In this document: positions 36,594-47,382 of the stretch, piece after piece | Position numbering within the stretch: the first letter of the stretch is position 1 | Layout of the letters: every line of letters begins with the position of its first letter | Source: Gemmatimonadota bacterium | Lineage (GTDB): Bacteria > Gemmatimonadota > Gemmatimonadetes > Palauibacterales > Palauibacteraceae | Reading direction: 5' to 3' | NCBI GenBank assembly: GCA_046758745.1 | Contig: JBHIAV010000003.1 | Span: 46,262-110,261 of the forward strand | DNA length: 64,000 nucleotides | Made by a program: the position numbers and the translations under genes | The notes under the pieces: model-generated | Told to the model about the DNA's origin: nothing | The model's input: the letters and a program-made list of their open reading frames with translations, nothing else | Databases searched by the model: none

Positions 36594-37759
36594 GCGCCTC
36601 CATCCTCCAGCCGGTGCTCTGGCTCGCCGTCCTCGCGGCGGTGGCGGCGTGCCCGCGGGCCGCCACCCAGGAGACCCGGGAGCCGGCGCGGATGAGCGGC
36701 GTGCGCCTCGTCGAGGTGGCGAGCGGCCTGGCGAGCCCGGTACATCTCGCATCACCCCCGGGAGATGCGCGTCTCTTCGTGGTCGAACAGGACGGACGGA
36801 TCCGAATCGTCCGCGACGGCGTCGTTCTCCCGCGGCCCTTCCTCGATCTGAGCGACCGCGTGCGGAGCGGGGGTGAGCGCGGGCTCCTCAGCATCGCCTT
36901 CCACCCCTCCTTCGCGACCAACGGATCGTTCTTCGTGAACTACACGGACGCGGCCGGTGACACGCGGATCGAGCGCTATCGGGTGTCGACCGATCCAGAT
37001 GTGGCGGACCCCTCCTCCGCACGACTCATCCTGCGGGTCGAACAGCCGTTCGCGAACCACAACGGGGGGCACATCTTCTTCGGACCGGACGGGCTGCTGT
37101 ATGTCGGGACGGGAGACGGGGGCGGCGCGGGAGATCCGCGCGGGCACGGTCAGAATCGAAACACCCTGCTGGGCGCGATGCTTCGCCTGGACGTGGACAG
37201 GGGCGATCCCTACGCGGTGCCGCAGGACAACCCGTTCGTGTCGGATCCCTCCGGCCGCGACGAGATCTGGGCGTGGGGTCTCCGGAACCCGTGGCGCTCC
37301 GCGTTCGACCGAGAGACGGGACTGCTGTACGTGGCGGACGTCGGACAGAACCGGTGGGAGGAGATCTCGGTCGTCCCGGCGTTGGCCGCCGGACTCAACT
37401 TCGGTTGGAACCGGGTGGAGGGGAGCCACTGTTTCACCGTCCCGCGATGCTCGCGGGAGGAGCTCATCCTCCCGGTGCTCGAGTACGGGCACGCGGAAGG
37501 TTGCTCGGTGACGGGGGGTCTGGTCTACCGGGGACGGCTGGCACGGCGGGTCGTCGGCCACTACTTCTTCTCCGACTTCTGCGCGGGGTGGCTGAGGAGC
37601 TTCCGGTACGAGGAGGGACGCGCCCGAGACTACCGGGAGTGGGACGTCGGCCGGATCGGGTCGGTGACATCGTTCGGTGAGGATGGGGCGGGCGAGCTGC
37701 ACATCCTCACGGCCGAGGGGAGAGTGGTGCGGCTGGAGAGCCAGGAGGGGCCGGAATGA
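36590..37759 (+). CDS. PQQ-dependent glucose/sorbosone dehydrogenase family protein
   Basis: 'GERGLLSIAFHP', 'NHNGG', 'GDGG', 'WAWGLRNPWR', 'SVTGG'. Confidence 0.93.
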   Translation: MSASILQPVLWLAVLAAVAACPRAATQETREPARMSGVRLVEVASGLASPVHLASPPGDARLFVVEQDGRIRIVRDGVVLPRPFLDLSDRVRSGGERGLLSIAFHPSFATNGSFFVNYTDAAGDTRIERYRVSTDPDVADPSSARLILRVEQPFANHNGGHIFFGPDGLLYVGTGDGGGAGDPRGHGQNRNTLLGAMLRLDVDRGDPYAVPQDNPFVSDPSGRDEIWAWGLRNPWRSAFDRETGLLYVADVGQNRWEEISVVPALAAGLNFGWNRVEGSHCFTVPRCSREELILPVLEYGHAEGCSVTGGLVYRGRLARRVVGHYFFSDFCAGWLRSFRYEEGRARDYREWDVGRIGSVTSFGEDGAGELHILTAEGRVVRLESQEGPE

Positions 37760-38211
37760 TCGGAAAGACGGAGGCGGCGCCTCGCAAGGTTACGCTTCGA
37801 TGTCCGTTCTGCCTGAAGTGGAATCGGATCGACCTGAGCCGCTCTGCCGACCGTCCCAAGTGCGGCGAGTGCGGGCGGCCTTTCTTGCTCGACCGGCCCG
37901 TCAAGGTCACCGACGACGATCTGGAGCGCCTCGTGGAGGACGCAGAGGTGCCGGTGGTCGTCGACTTCTACGCGGATTGGTGCGCGCCGTGCAAGGTGAT
38001 GGCGCCTCTCCTTGACGAGTTTGCCCGCCGGTACCTCGGAGAGGTACTGGTCGCAAAGCTGGACACGGATCGGAACCCGCGCATGTCGGGGCGTTATCAG
38101 GTGCGGGGGATTCCGACGCTCATCCTCTTCCGGGACGGCAGCGAGGTGACGCGAGAGGTCGGCGCGGTGCCGGTGGAGCGGATCGAGGCGCTCCTCGACC
38201 GGAAGGGCTAG
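37756..38211 (+). CDS. trxC: Thioredoxin 2 with an N-terminal zinc finger
   Basis: CPFC...CGEC followed by 'DFYADWCAPCK' and 'IPT'. Confidence 0.92.
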   Translation: MIGKTEAAPRKVTLRCPFCLKWNRIDLSRSADRPKCGECGRPFLLDRPVKVTDDDLERLVEDAEVPVVVDFYADWCAPCKVMAPLLDEFARRYLGEVLVAKLDTDRNPRMSGRYQVRGIPTLILFRDGSEVTREVGAVPVERIEALLDRKG

Positions 38212-38417
38212 GCGGGGCGCCCGGTCGATGTCTCCGGCGCCGGCTGGCCTGGGGCCGCCTCGACCCTGACCGCCGGCAGCCGGGCTCCGCCGATCGGCTC
38301 CGGATCCGGTTCCAGACGACACCGGCGGCTCGCCGCCACCGAGAAGACGCCGGCGCTCACCGGCGTCCCATCCCGGATTGCCCACAGCCGGTACACCAGG
38401 CATTCACGCCCGCCGGG

Positions 38418-38513
38418 TCGGCTCGGGTCAAAGCGCAAGGCGCTCTGCCAGAGCTTCAGGTAGACCTCCCGCACCACCTCCTCCGCCACGCTTCGACCGT
38501 CCACCACCCGGAG
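38418..38513 (-). pseudogene. Remnant of an ECF sigma factor region 2 (SigK-like)
   Basis: Reads LRVVDGRSVAEEVVREVYLKLWQSALRFDPSR; in-frame stop just upstream; no region 4. Confidence 0.6.
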
Positions 38514-38577
38514 CCTCGTTTAACGCTTCGCGGTCGGGCATCGTCGCGGAAACAGGAGGAGAGGGGGTGAGTCAGCG

Positions 38578-40251
38578 ATGATGTCCATGGCGCTTCCGGT
38601 GCTTTCCTGGGCGGTCCTGGCGACCATCGCATCCGCCTCACCTCAGGGCGAACCGGAACCCGTCGCCCGGCCGACCGAGCGGCAGGCGGACGCGATTCCC
38701 GACCCTCCCATCGACACCGCGGCCGCCATCCACCTGCTCGAGCGGGCGACCTTCGGTGTGCGGCCGGCCGACATCGGGGAGATCCTCGATCGGGGGATCG
38801 AGGGGTGGCTCGAGCGGCAGCTCCACCCGGAACGAATTCCCGACGAGGGGCTGGAGGAGCGGCTGCGCGCCTTCCCGGCCGCGACCCTGAGGGCGAGTGA
38901 GCTGTACGAAGCCTATCCGCCGCCCGCGGTCCTGCGCGCACGTTTCGGAAATCCGGACTCCCTGAGCCGGGAGATGCGGCGCGAGCTTCGCCGACGCATT
39001 CCGCACCGGATCGTCGCGGAGCTGGCCGGTGCCAAGCTTCAGCGCGCGGTGTATTCCGAGCGACAGCTCGAGGAAGTCCTGGTCGACTTCTGGTTCAACC
39101 ACTTCAACGTCTTCTTCGGCAAGGGGGCGGACCGCTGGCTGGTCGGCGACTTCGAACGGGAGGCGATTCGTCGGCACGTGCTCGGGCGCTTCGCCGACAT
39201 GCTCGAGGCCACCGCCTCCCACCCGGCGATGCTCTTCTATCTGGACAACTGGCGAAGCTCTCTCCCGGACTCCCTGAACCCGGCTGTCCGGCTCGAAAGG
39301 GCCGGGCGCCGGCCGAGGAGCCGGCAGCGCGGTCTCAACGAGAACTACGCGCGAGAGCTTCTCGAGCTGCACACGCTCGGGGTGGACGGCGGCTATACCC
39401 AGGCGGACGTCATCGAGGTGGCGCGCGCCTTCACGGGCTGGACGATCGCGCACCCGCGGAGTCGGATGGGGAGAGACGGGATGGGCGTCGAGTTCCGCTT
39501 TCGTTCCGAGATGCACGATCCCGGCGACAAGGTCGTGCTCGGTCGCCTCGTCAGGGGGAACCGGGGGATGGAGGAGGGGCGGGAGATCCTCCGGAGGCTG
39601 GCCGAGCACCCGTCAACGGCGCGGCACCTGGCGACGAAGCTGGTGGAGCGCTTCGTGGCGGACGACCCGCCCCCCGGGCTGGTGAACGAGATCGCCTCGG
39701 TTTACCTGACGACGGGTGGCGACCTCCGGGAGGTGACGCGGGCGCTCCTCACCTCCGAGCGCTTCTTCGACCCCGCGTACCGGGGTGCCAAGCTTCGCTC
39801 TCCCTTCGAGCTCGTTGCGGCCGCCCTACGAATCACAGGATCCGAGGTCGGCCCGTCGCGTGACGTTCTCGACCGTCTCCGCTCGTTCGGACACCTCCCC
39901 TACCTGAGCGACGTGCCCACGGGATATCCGGAGGCGAGCGAGGAGTGGGTGAGCAGCGGGGCGATGTTGCAGCGGATGAACTTCGCACTCGCCCTGTCCG
40001 CGGGAGAGCTGGACGGTGTGCGGCTCGGCGACGGCTACCTGACGCCGCGGCCGCGAGGGTGGAGCGGTGGGGAGGAGGAGCGGGAAGCCGCCGTGGGAGC
40101 GCTCCTCGCGGCGCTCCTCCCGGGCCGCGACACGGAGCGTCTGGCGGCGGTGATCCTCGACGACCTCGAGGCGTCGGAGGCCGTGGGCCGCGCAGTCGCG
40201 CGACGGGCGTTGGGTCTGGCGCTCGGGTCTCCGGACTTTCAGCGACACTGA
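38578..40251 (+). CDS. DUF1800 family protein
   Basis: 'HLLERATFG', 'FWFNHFNV', 'AMLFYLDN', 'NENYARELLELHTLG', 'SPDFQR'. Confidence 0.93.
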   Translation: MMSMALPVLSWAVLATIASASPQGEPEPVARPTERQADAIPDPPIDTAAAIHLLERATFGVRPADIGEILDRGIEGWLERQLHPERIPDEGLEERLRAFPAATLRASELYEAYPPPAVLRARFGNPDSLSREMRRELRRRIPHRIVAELAGAKLQRAVYSERQLEEVLVDFWFNHFNVFFGKGADRWLVGDFEREAIRRHVLGRFADMLEATASHPAMLFYLDNWRSSLPDSLNPAVRLERAGRRPRSRQRGLNENYARELLELHTLGVDGGYTQADVIEVARAFTGWTIAHPRSRMGRDGMGVEFRFRSEMHDPGDKVVLGRLVRGNRGMEEGREILRRLAEHPSTARHLATKLVERFVADDPPPGLVNEIASVYLTTGGDLREVTRALLTSERFFDPAYRGAKLRSPFELVAAALRITGSEVGPSRDVLDRLRSFGHLPYLSDVPTGYPEASEEWVSSGAMLQRMNFALALSAGELDGVRLGDGYLTPRPRGWSGGEEEREAAVGALLAALLPGRDTERLAAVILDDLEASEAVGRAVARRALGLALGSPDFQRH

Positions 40252-40289
40252 AGCCGCGGGCCGGCGGGCCCGGATGGGGGAGGTGAGCC

Positions 40290-41621
40290 ATGCATAGGAT
40301 CAGAAGGCGGGTCTTCGTAAGGGACGGGGCGCTGGCGCTGCTCGCGCTCGGCCTGGCACCGCGCTTCATCGCCCGGTCGTTGCTCGCGAAGACGAACGGG
40401 GCGGCCCGAAGAAAGACGCTCGTGTGCATCTTCCAGCGCGGAGCGGTGGACGGGCTGAACATGGTCGTGCCCTTCGGCGAGCCGGCGTACTACAGGAGCC
40501 GCCGGTCGATCGCGATCGCGGCGCCGCGGCAGGGCGCGGAAGGGGCGGCGCTCGACCTCGACGGCTTTTTCGGCCTCCACCCCGCTCTGGCACCGTTGCA
40601 TGATCTCTTCATGAGCGGCGAGCTGGCGGCCGTCCACGCGGTCGGATCGCCACACCCGACACGCTCCCACTTCGACGCGCAGGACTTCATGGAGTCTGCC
40701 ACCCCCGGGGTGAAGTCGACCCGGACCGGGTGGCTCAACCGGCTGCTCGCCGAGACGGCGTGCATGGAATGCCGCGGCCGGACTCTCGCGGATCCGGCGG
40801 CGCACGCGGCCGACCACGCCGCTGGCCAGGTCGAGGTGGCGGGAGAATCCCCCCTGCGCGGCGTGGCCGTGGGCGGGGAGCTGCCGCGCTCGCTACGGGG
40901 CGCCTACCCGGCCATCGCCATCCCCGACCTCGAGCGCTTCGGGATTGCCGGCCGGCGCGACCGCTCCCTCGAGGCGACCTTCGCCCGGCTGTACGGGAGC
41001 TCGGAGGACCCCGTCCTGGCGGACGCTGCCGAGGGGTCCTTCGAGGCGATCGAGATCCTGCGCCGGGTCGATGCCGGACGGTACGCGCCGCGCGCCGGGG
41101 CCGAGTACCCACGGGGCCGGTTCGGGCGCTCCCTTCGCCAGATCGCCCAGCTCATCAAGGCCGACGTGGGGCTCGAGGTGGCGTTCGCCGACGTAGGCGG
41201 ATGGGACACTCATGTGGCCCAGGGCGCCGCCGAGGGGCAGCTCTCCGGCAGGCTGGGCGAGCTGGGGCGTGGCCTTCGCGCCTTCCACCACGACCTCGGG
41301 GACCGCATGGAGGACGTGGTCGTGCTCACGATGTCCGAGTTCGGTCGCACGGTGGCCGAGAACGGATCGGGCGGCACGGACCACGGCCACGCCAACTGCA
41401 TGCTCGTGCTGGGTGGCAGCGTCGCGGGCGGGGCAGTCTACGGAGACTGGCCGGGGCTGGAGCGGGAGCAGCTGTACGAGCGGCGCGACCTCGCGATCAC
41501 CACCGATTTCCGTGACCTGTTCGCCGAGGTCGTCTCGGAACATCTGGGTGCGGAGCGGCTCGACATGGTGTTCCCCGGCTACGACTTGGACCCGGTGCGC
41601 TACCGGCGGCTCTTCGCGTAA
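40290..41621 (+). CDS. DUF1501 family protein (Tat-like leader)
   Basis: 'RRRVF', 'FQRGAVDGL', 'RSHFDAQ', 'GWDTH', 'SEFGRT', 'GTDHG'. Confidence 0.93.
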   Translation: MHRIRRRVFVRDGALALLALGLAPRFIARSLLAKTNGAARRKTLVCIFQRGAVDGLNMVVPFGEPAYYRSRRSIAIAAPRQGAEGAALDLDGFFGLHPALAPLHDLFMSGELAAVHAVGSPHPTRSHFDAQDFMESATPGVKSTRTGWLNRLLAETACMECRGRTLADPAAHAADHAAGQVEVAGESPLRGVAVGGELPRSLRGAYPAIAIPDLERFGIAGRRDRSLEATFARLYGSSEDPVLADAAEGSFEAIEILRRVDAGRYAPRAGAEYPRGRFGRSLRQIAQLIKADVGLEVAFADVGGWDTHVAQGAAEGQLSGRLGELGRGLRAFHHDLGDRMEDVVVLTMSEFGRTVAENGSGGTDHGHANCMLVLGGSVAGGAVYGDWPGLEREQLYERRDLAITTDFRDLFAEVVSEHLGAERLDMVFPGYDLDPVRYRRLFA

Positions 41622-41627
41622 GCCGGC

Positions 41628-41710
41628 TCGCGGGGGGCGGATTGCGGGGGCGCATTGCGGGGGTGCATTGCGGGGGTGCATTGCGGGGGCGGATTCCGGG
41701 GGCGGGTTGC
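41628..41710 (+). repeat. 13-bp tandem repeat ATTGCGGGGGYGS with six G5/G6 tracts
   Basis: Units start at 41641, 41654, 41667, 41680 and 41693, with degenerate flanking copies; lies between convergent genes. Confidence 0.85.
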
Positions 41711-41781
41711 GCGCCCGCGGTCCGGCGTGCGGAACCGTTGGGAGAGCGGCCGCCTCTCCCGCCCCGCGGTGCCGGAGCCGG

Positions 41782-43713
41782 CTACGCCGACGGCTCCGCG
41801 CCCTCGGCGCTCACCGCACGCCGGCGGATGCGCTGCGCCTTGCCCGGCGTGACCATGTCCCGCACGATGACCTCGCGGACGATGCCGGCGACAAACGCAT
41901 AGCCGCGCGGCTCCGCGACGAGCCAGCGGCTCCACTCGAGCTCGTCGAGTCCCTCCTCCAGCTCCTCTTCCGAGAGGCCGGTGCCGCGCCGGAGAGCCTC
42001 CCCCGGCACCCGGTCGCCCAGCACGGCCGCGGCCGCCAGGAGCTCCTGGGCGGCCCGGCCGAGTCGACGAAAGCCGATTCGGAGCGCCGCCACCACCAGG
42101 TCCGGAAGCTCGCCGGGCAGCGTCTGGTCCAAAGTGTGGTAGGGGACCGGCCATGCCTCCGCGTCGCCCCGAAGCTCGAGGCCGAGCGCCACGGCATGCA
42201 GCAGCTCGACCGCCAGGAGCGGCAGGCCGGCCGAGTCGGCCGTCACCCGGCGGACTAGGCGCTCCAGCTCCTCCTCCCCGTACGCCGGAAGCGCCCATCG
42301 GGCCAGAGCGCGGAGCGCTTCGGGCGGCAGGGGCGACAGGCGGACGGCCGTGCCCGGTACATCGCGTCCGACACGCGCGCGGAGCTCCTCCAGCTCCTCT
42401 CGGGACGGAACGGGCGCCGCCGACAGCACCAGGAAGAGCGGCGCGTCCCGCACATCGCGCAGCGTCGCGAGGAGGGCGCGGAGGGAATCGCCATCCAGAC
42501 AGTGGGCATCATCGACCAGAAGGAGGACCGGTTGCTCCTCGGCCGCGGCCCGGAGAATCTCGCTGAGGGCCCGCCCGAGGTGGAGAGGCTCCGCGTCGCC
42601 GATCTCCGAGGCGAAGCGCACCCGCCACTCGGGGGCGTGCGCCCCGAACGCCGCGAGGGCGCCCGGAGCGGCGACGACGATGCCCGGTGCCTCGATGAGG
42701 CCGCCGCGGGCCAGGGTGAGCACGCCGCTCCACGCCTCCTCCACGTCGGCGGGCACCGCACGGATCGCGGTGACGGAGGCCCCGTCCAGACGACAGCGGG
42801 CCGCCACCTCCTCCGCGAGCCGCGTCTTTCCCGTTCCCGGATCCCCGCCGATGATCACCGCGGCCGCCTTCCCCTCGTCGCGACACCCCGACCATGCGCC
42901 GAGGAGCGATTCGAGCTCCCGCTCCCGTCCCACGAGCGGCACGCGACGGGAGAAGGCGATCCTGGGTGCCGCCCCTTCGTCGACCGGCGCGAGCTTCCAT
43001 CCGCGCTCCCTCCGCACCCGGTCCGCCAGCAGGCGCGTCTCCGGTTCCGGCTCGGCCCGCAGCTCGTCTCCGAGCCGCGCGGCGAAATCCTCGAAGTGCC
43101 GCAGCGCGCCGCTCCGGTCGCCGTTCAGCGCGTGGCATCGCATGAGCGCGCGCACTGCGGCCCCGGAGAGGGAATCGAGCGAAAGAGCTCGCTCCGCCAA
43201 CCCGATCGCCGCGCTCGGGTCCCCTCGCGCTACGAGCTGCTCGGCGCGGCGAACCAGGCAGTCCACGCAGCGCCGGGTCCACGCCGCTCGCTCCGCGGCC
43301 AGCCAGTCCTCGACCCCCGACGCGTCTGGCACCCCGAACCCCTCCAGGAAGGCGCCCGTTACGAGACCGGAAGCTCCATCCCAATCCTCGTCCACCACGC
43401 GCTCCTCGAAGAGATCGGCATCCAGCCGCACGGCGCCCTCGGCGAGCCGAACCTGCTGCCCGTCCGTCTCCAGCGTCCCTTCGCCCCCGTGCCGCCTGAG
43501 GACACGGAGTGCCTCGTTCAGCGAGTGGCGGGCGGCGGACTCGGGCTTGTCCCCCCACAGGAGGCCGACCAGGTGCTCTCGGCTCCGCCTGCGGCGCGGA
43601 GAGCGCGCGAGGTACACGAGGAGAGCCAGGTTCTTCCGCCACAGCAGCTCCGCGGGCGCCGGCTCGCCGTTCACCCGCACCTCCGGAGGCCCGAGGACCC
43701 GGCATTCGATCAT
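41782..43713 (-). CDS. SARP-type regulator: wHTH + BTAD + STAND/AAA ATPase
   Basis: '[18 protein letters not shown]', BTAD '[15 protein letters not shown]', 'LVGRERE', Walker A 'GDPGTGKT', Walker B 'LLVDDAH'. Confidence 0.9.
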   Translation of the reverse strand: MIECRVLGPPEVRVNGEPAPAELLWRKNLALLVYLARSPRRRRSREHLVGLLWGDKPESAARHSLNEALRVLRRHGGEGTLETDGQQVRLAEGAVRLDADLFEERVVDEDWDGASGLVTGAFLEGFGVPDASGVEDWLAAERAAWTRRCVDCLVRRAEQLVARGDPSAAIGLAERALSLDSLSGAAVRALMRCHALNGDRSGALRHFEDFAARLGDELRAEPEPETRLLADRVRRERGWKLAPVDEGAAPRIAFSRRVPLVGRERELESLLGAWSGCRDEGKAAAVIIGGDPGTGKTRLAEEVAARCRLDGASVTAIRAVPADVEEAWSGVLTLARGGLIEAPGIVVAAPGALAAFGAHAPEWRVRFASEIGDAEPLHLGRALSEILRAAAEEQPVLLLVDDAHCLDGDSLRALLATLRDVRDAPLFLVLSAAPVPSREELEELRARVGRDVPGTAVRLSPLPPEALRALARWALPAYGEEELERLVRRVTADSAGLPLLAVELLHAVALGLELRGDAEAWPVPYHTLDQTLPGELPDLVVAALRIGFRRLGRAAQELLAAAAVLGDRVPGEALRRGTGLSEEELEEGLDELEWSRWLVAEPRGYAFVAGIVREVIVRDMVTPGKAQRIRRRAVSAEGAEPSA

Positions 43714-46640
43714 CTGCCACACGCCTCTTCCGCCAGCGCTCGGGCCTCGTCGCGCAGTCCCGCCAGCCGGGCCTCCCCCTCGCTCCATATCGACTCCAAC
43801 TCGGCCAGGTGCCGGCAGGCGGCCGCCGCGTCGCCGCGCTCCAGCGCTCTCCGCCCCCGCCGGAGTCGCGCGTACGAGCCTAAAGCCCAATCCACTTCTC
43901 CGGCCTGCGCCGGTCCGCTGGCGAAGCCGTCGATGTCGTTTCCCATGTGCCAGCCGAGGCGCCGGTCAGCCTCTTCGGGGCGGCCGGCCGAATCGGCCCA
44001 CGCCGCGCCCCACAGGTAGGTCGCGGAACGCGCGAAAGGGCGCTCGGTACGACCGGCCGAGTCCCAGCCGACCAGCACGGCCGACATGTCCAGCGCTCCC
44101 TCGAACTGCCCCTCTCTCGCGGCAAGCCACGCATCGAGGAGCACAGCCAGCGGCCCCCTTCCCTCCCCACCGGGGGGGCGCAGCGAGTCGTGCCAGGCGC
44201 GGCCCGCCGCAACGTCCCCGCTCGCGTACGCATCCAGGGCCAGCGCCCAGGCGGCGTGTCTTTGCACCGGGTCCGGAGCCCGGGGCTCGCCGAGCAGCTC
44301 CCGCAGCCCTCGGCGGCCCGCCTCGACCTCCTCCGCATCCATCGGGTAGACCCCGAGGAGAGGAGGGAGGACCCGCCACTCGGCCGCGTGGGCTCGGAGC
44401 GCGGCCGTCGGCAGGGTCGCCGCCGCCGAGTCGAAGAGGGCGAGCGCGGCGGACGGCCTCCCCAGGTGGACGAGCGCCAGCCCCTGTGCAACCAGGCCGG
44501 AGGCCCGGGCCGCCTCATCCGCTCCCCGTGCGGCGGCCAGTCGGCGGCCGAGCTCGAGCTCCGTAGGCGGGATCCCCAGCGTGAGTCCCCAACGGGCGGC
44601 AAACTTCAAGATGGGGAGCGAACCTCCGACCGGCGGTCCGAACAGGCGGTCGATGCCGAGAGCGGCGCTGTCGGGGAGGAAGCGTTCCAGGAGGGCGTGG
44701 CCGAGGAGAATGGGGACGTACGGTACGAACAGAGACTCGCTTCCCGGTTCCATCGTCCCGCTCGGCTCGCCGGCCGGCTTCGCCGTCACCCTCAGAAGGT
44801 GGTCCAGCGTCTCTCGCGCCTCGGCGCGCCGCAGCCGGATCTGGGCCCACAGAAGATGGTCCAGGGCAAAGGCGAGGAGCGGGTCGAGGATCCTCGCCGA
44901 GTCCAGCTCGGCGATCGCCTCCTCGAGGGCGAAGCCGACCAGCGGCCCGCGATGGAAGAGCTCGTCTCCGTAGAAGAGGCGAGCATACCCGTCCTGGGGG
45001 TACCGCCGGACGATCCGTTCGTACTTCGCGAGCTTCTCCCTCAGGCTCGGCTCGATGTAGGCCTCGAGGAGCATGCTGTCCAGCGGACTCAGGTCACCGC
45101 TGTACTCTCGGTACACCCGCGTGAGGTCGACTCCCGCCGGCTTCTGGAGCCAGTTCCGCGCGATGGCGAGGCGCCAGATGGCCAGCGCGAAGGTGGAATC
45201 GAGGCCCACGGCCTCGGCGAAGTGGGCCTCCGCCCCGAGGCGGTCGTCGCACCGAAGCGCCTGTTCGCCGAGCAGGAACGCCTGGAGAGCCCGCGGGCTT
45301 CGGCTCCGCAGCCCGCGCAACCCGCGGTTGGGAAAGTCCATGTCCGGCCGCACGGTGTTCAGGATGGTAAGGGCGACTTCGGTGCCCAGGACGGTCGGCT
45401 CCGCCCGGGAGCCCCGAAGCTGGCGAAAGCGCCCTTTCCCACTGGAATCCGTGACAGTGATCTCCACGAGCAAGGAGTCCGGGCTGCCGGGCAGGGGCAC
45501 CATGAACCCGGTGGCGCGAAAGCGTGCCGGAACGAGCTCCGAGGGCTCGGTCATCAGCGTCGCCGCGCGTCGACGTACCGTGTCGGGAGCGCAGAACGCC
45601 GTGCCGGCGGGCGTCAGGGTGAGCCACGGACGCCCCGCGAGATTGTGGTACACGAGCCAGGCCAGATCCCGGGCGAGCGAGCTGTCCGATGGCTGCGCCT
45701 CGAACGGGACGATGCTCAGGTCGGTGAGCACAGGAGTAGGCTCGGGATCCCTGCCGGCATCGGCGGCGAAGCGCAGCACTGCCTGCAACCCGATCCCGAT
45801 CCCGAACGCGCCGACCGCCACGGCGGCGATGACGCGGCCGTACGGCCGGGAGTAGGCCCGCTGCCACGCCTGCCGAAACGCGGCCGCGCTCGACCATCGC
45901 TCCGCCGGTTCCCAGGCCAAGGCGATGCGAAGGACACGGGCCGGCCGGCGGCCCATAGCGGACCACTCACCGTGCTCGGGTCTTTCCATGATCGACCATT
46001 TTCGCCCTGCGATCGCCTCGTACAGCACCATGCCGACGGCGTAGATGTCGGTGCGCGGCGTCACCTCGGCCCCGGCGGCCTGCTCGGGCGGCATGTAGCC
46101 GGGGGTGCCCATCTTCCCCCCGGGCCGGGTTAGGGGGGTGACATCGGAGTCGAGCGTCTTCGAGATGCCGAAGTCGCCGAGGAGAACGCGGCCGTCGACG
46201 AGGAAGATGTTGCCCGGCTTGATGTCCCGGTGGACGATGCCGAGGGTGTGCGCCGCGTCGAGCGCGGCGAGAAGATCGCTTCCGAGCGTGACCGCCTCCC
46301 GGCGGCTCAACGGGCCTCGCCGCAGCCGCGCCTCCAGCGTCTCGCCCTCGACGAAGTCCATCACATAGAAGAAGAGGCCGTCGGCCTCCCCTCCCTGGTG
46401 GACGGGCACGACGTTCGGATGGCGGAGACTGGCGAGAGTGCGGGCCTCGCGGTGGAAGCGCTCGGTCGCGGCGGCGGTGGCGAGCTCCGGGCGGAGGATC
46501 TTGATCGCCACCCGACGATCGAGCGCCCGGTCTCGCCCGAGGAAGACCGTGCCCATGCCGCCGGCGCCGAGCTCCCGCTCGACATCGTAGTGCGGCGCCA
46601 GGGCGCGTCGCACTCTGTCGAGAAGCGACGTCATTCTCAT
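43710..46640 (-). CDS. Hanks-type Ser/Thr kinase with a TM segment and C-terminal TPR-like region
   Basis: 'LGAGGMG', 'VAIK', 'HRDIKPGN', 'DFG', 'GTPGYMPPE'; ATGA overlap with the regulator. Confidence 0.93.
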   Translation of the reverse strand: MRMTSLLDRVRRALAPHYDVERELGAGGMGTVFLGRDRALDRRVAIKILRPELATAAATERFHREARTLASLRHPNVVPVHQGGEADGLFFYVMDFVEGETLEARLRRGPLSRREAVTLGSDLLAALDAAHTLGIVHRDIKPGNIFLVDGRVLLGDFGISKTLDSDVTPLTRPGGKMGTPGYMPPEQAAGAEVTPRTDIYAVGMVLYEAIAGRKWSIMERPEHGEWSAMGRRPARVLRIALAWEPAERWSSAAAFRQAWQRAYSRPYGRVIAAVAVGAFGIGIGLQAVLRFAADAGRDPEPTPVLTDLSIVPFEAQPSDSSLARDLAWLVYHNLAGRPWLTLTPAGTAFCAPDTVRRRAATLMTEPSELVPARFRATGFMVPLPGSPDSLLVEITVTDSSGKGRFRQLRGSRAEPTVLGTEVALTILNTVRPDMDFPNRGLRGLRSRSPRALQAFLLGEQALRCDDRLGAEAHFAEAVGLDSTFALAIWRLAIARNWLQKPAGVDLTRVYREYSGDLSPLDSMLLEAYIEPSLREKLAKYERIVRRYPQDGYARLFYGDELFHRGPLVGFALEEAIAELDSARILDPLLAFALDHLLWAQIRLRRAEARETLDHLLRVTAKPAGEPSGTMEPGSESLFVPYVPILLGHALLERFLPDSAALGIDRLFGPPVGGSLPILKFAARWGLTLGIPPTELELGRRLAAARGADEAARASGLVAQGLALVHLGRPSAALALFDSAAATLPTAALRAHAAEWRVLPPLLGVYPMDAEEVEAGRRGLRELLGEPRAPDPVQRHAAWALALDAYASGDVAAGRAWHDSLRPPGGEGRGPLAVLLDAWLAAREGQFEGALDMSAVLVGWDSAGRTERPFARSATYLWGAAWADSAGRPEEADRRLGWHMGNDIDGFASGPAQAGEVDWALGSYARLRRGRRALERGDAAAACRHLAELESIWSEGEARLAGLRDEARALAEEACGR

Positions 46641-46881
46641 CCCGATGAGCGAGCCCCGATGCGAGTTCCGGCCCGCGATCACCGCCGCCGCGCCGTGGGC
46701 CCCGGGATGGTTCCAGGCCCGCACAGGCCGCCGCGGAACGCCCGAAACTCTTTGCAGAGTAGAGACCCGCTCCGCTCGCGGCAAGCGCGGGCGGCGCTGC
46801 TGCTTGCCGCGCCGTAAGGACCTCTCCTAGCTTGCCGGGGGTGCCTGTGCACCTCGAAGACCCAGTCACCGGAACCGACCC

Positions 46882-47289
46882 GTGAGCGACGCCGGCATCC
46901 ACTCCGCTCGGACGGCCACCTTCCGTTCCCTCGTCGAGGTGTTCGTTCCCGAAGCGACGGGGCTGAACGAAGCGGGATGGTCGGAGCTGGAGCGGCTGGT
47001 GGAACGGACCCTTCGGGCGCGGCCGGCGGCGGTCGGGCGCCGGGTGAGACTCCTGCTCGGGATCCTGCACTGGCTGCCTCTGCTCCGTTTCGGCCGGACC
47101 CTTCCCGGTGTCCCCCTCCCGGCCCGATCCCGCCTTCTCTCCCGCCTGCAGGATTCCCCCCTGCCGGTCCTGCGTCGCGGCGTGTGGGGGCTGCGGACGC
47201 TCGCCTTTCTCGGGTATTACGGTCGGCCGGAGGTGGCAGCGGAGATCGGTTATCGGGCACACCCGCGCGGTTGGGAGGCCCGAAGGTGA
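46882..47289 (+). CDS. Small partner of the GMC enzyme (gluconate 2-dehydrogenase subunit-3-like)
   Basis: 'LRTLAFLGYYG.PEV...IGY' C-terminal pattern; directly upstream of the GMC gene. Confidence 0.65.
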   Translation: MSDAGIHSARTATFRSLVEVFVPEATGLNEAGWSELERLVERTLRARPAAVGRRVRLLLGILHWLPLLRFGRTLPGVPLPARSRLLSRLQDSPLPVLRRGVWGLRTLAFLGYYGRPEVAAEIGYRAHPRGWEARR

Positions 47290-47382
47290 GCAGCTCGTGG
47301 CGGTGTGGATCGCGGGAGGGGACGCGGCGTCGCGCGGATCGCGGGAATGCCGCGTGGTACAGCGAACCGCAATAGGTCGAGC

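Noticed and set aside
41628-41710. Possible CRISPR array
   Set aside because: Contiguous 13-bp units with no unique spacers and no cas genes
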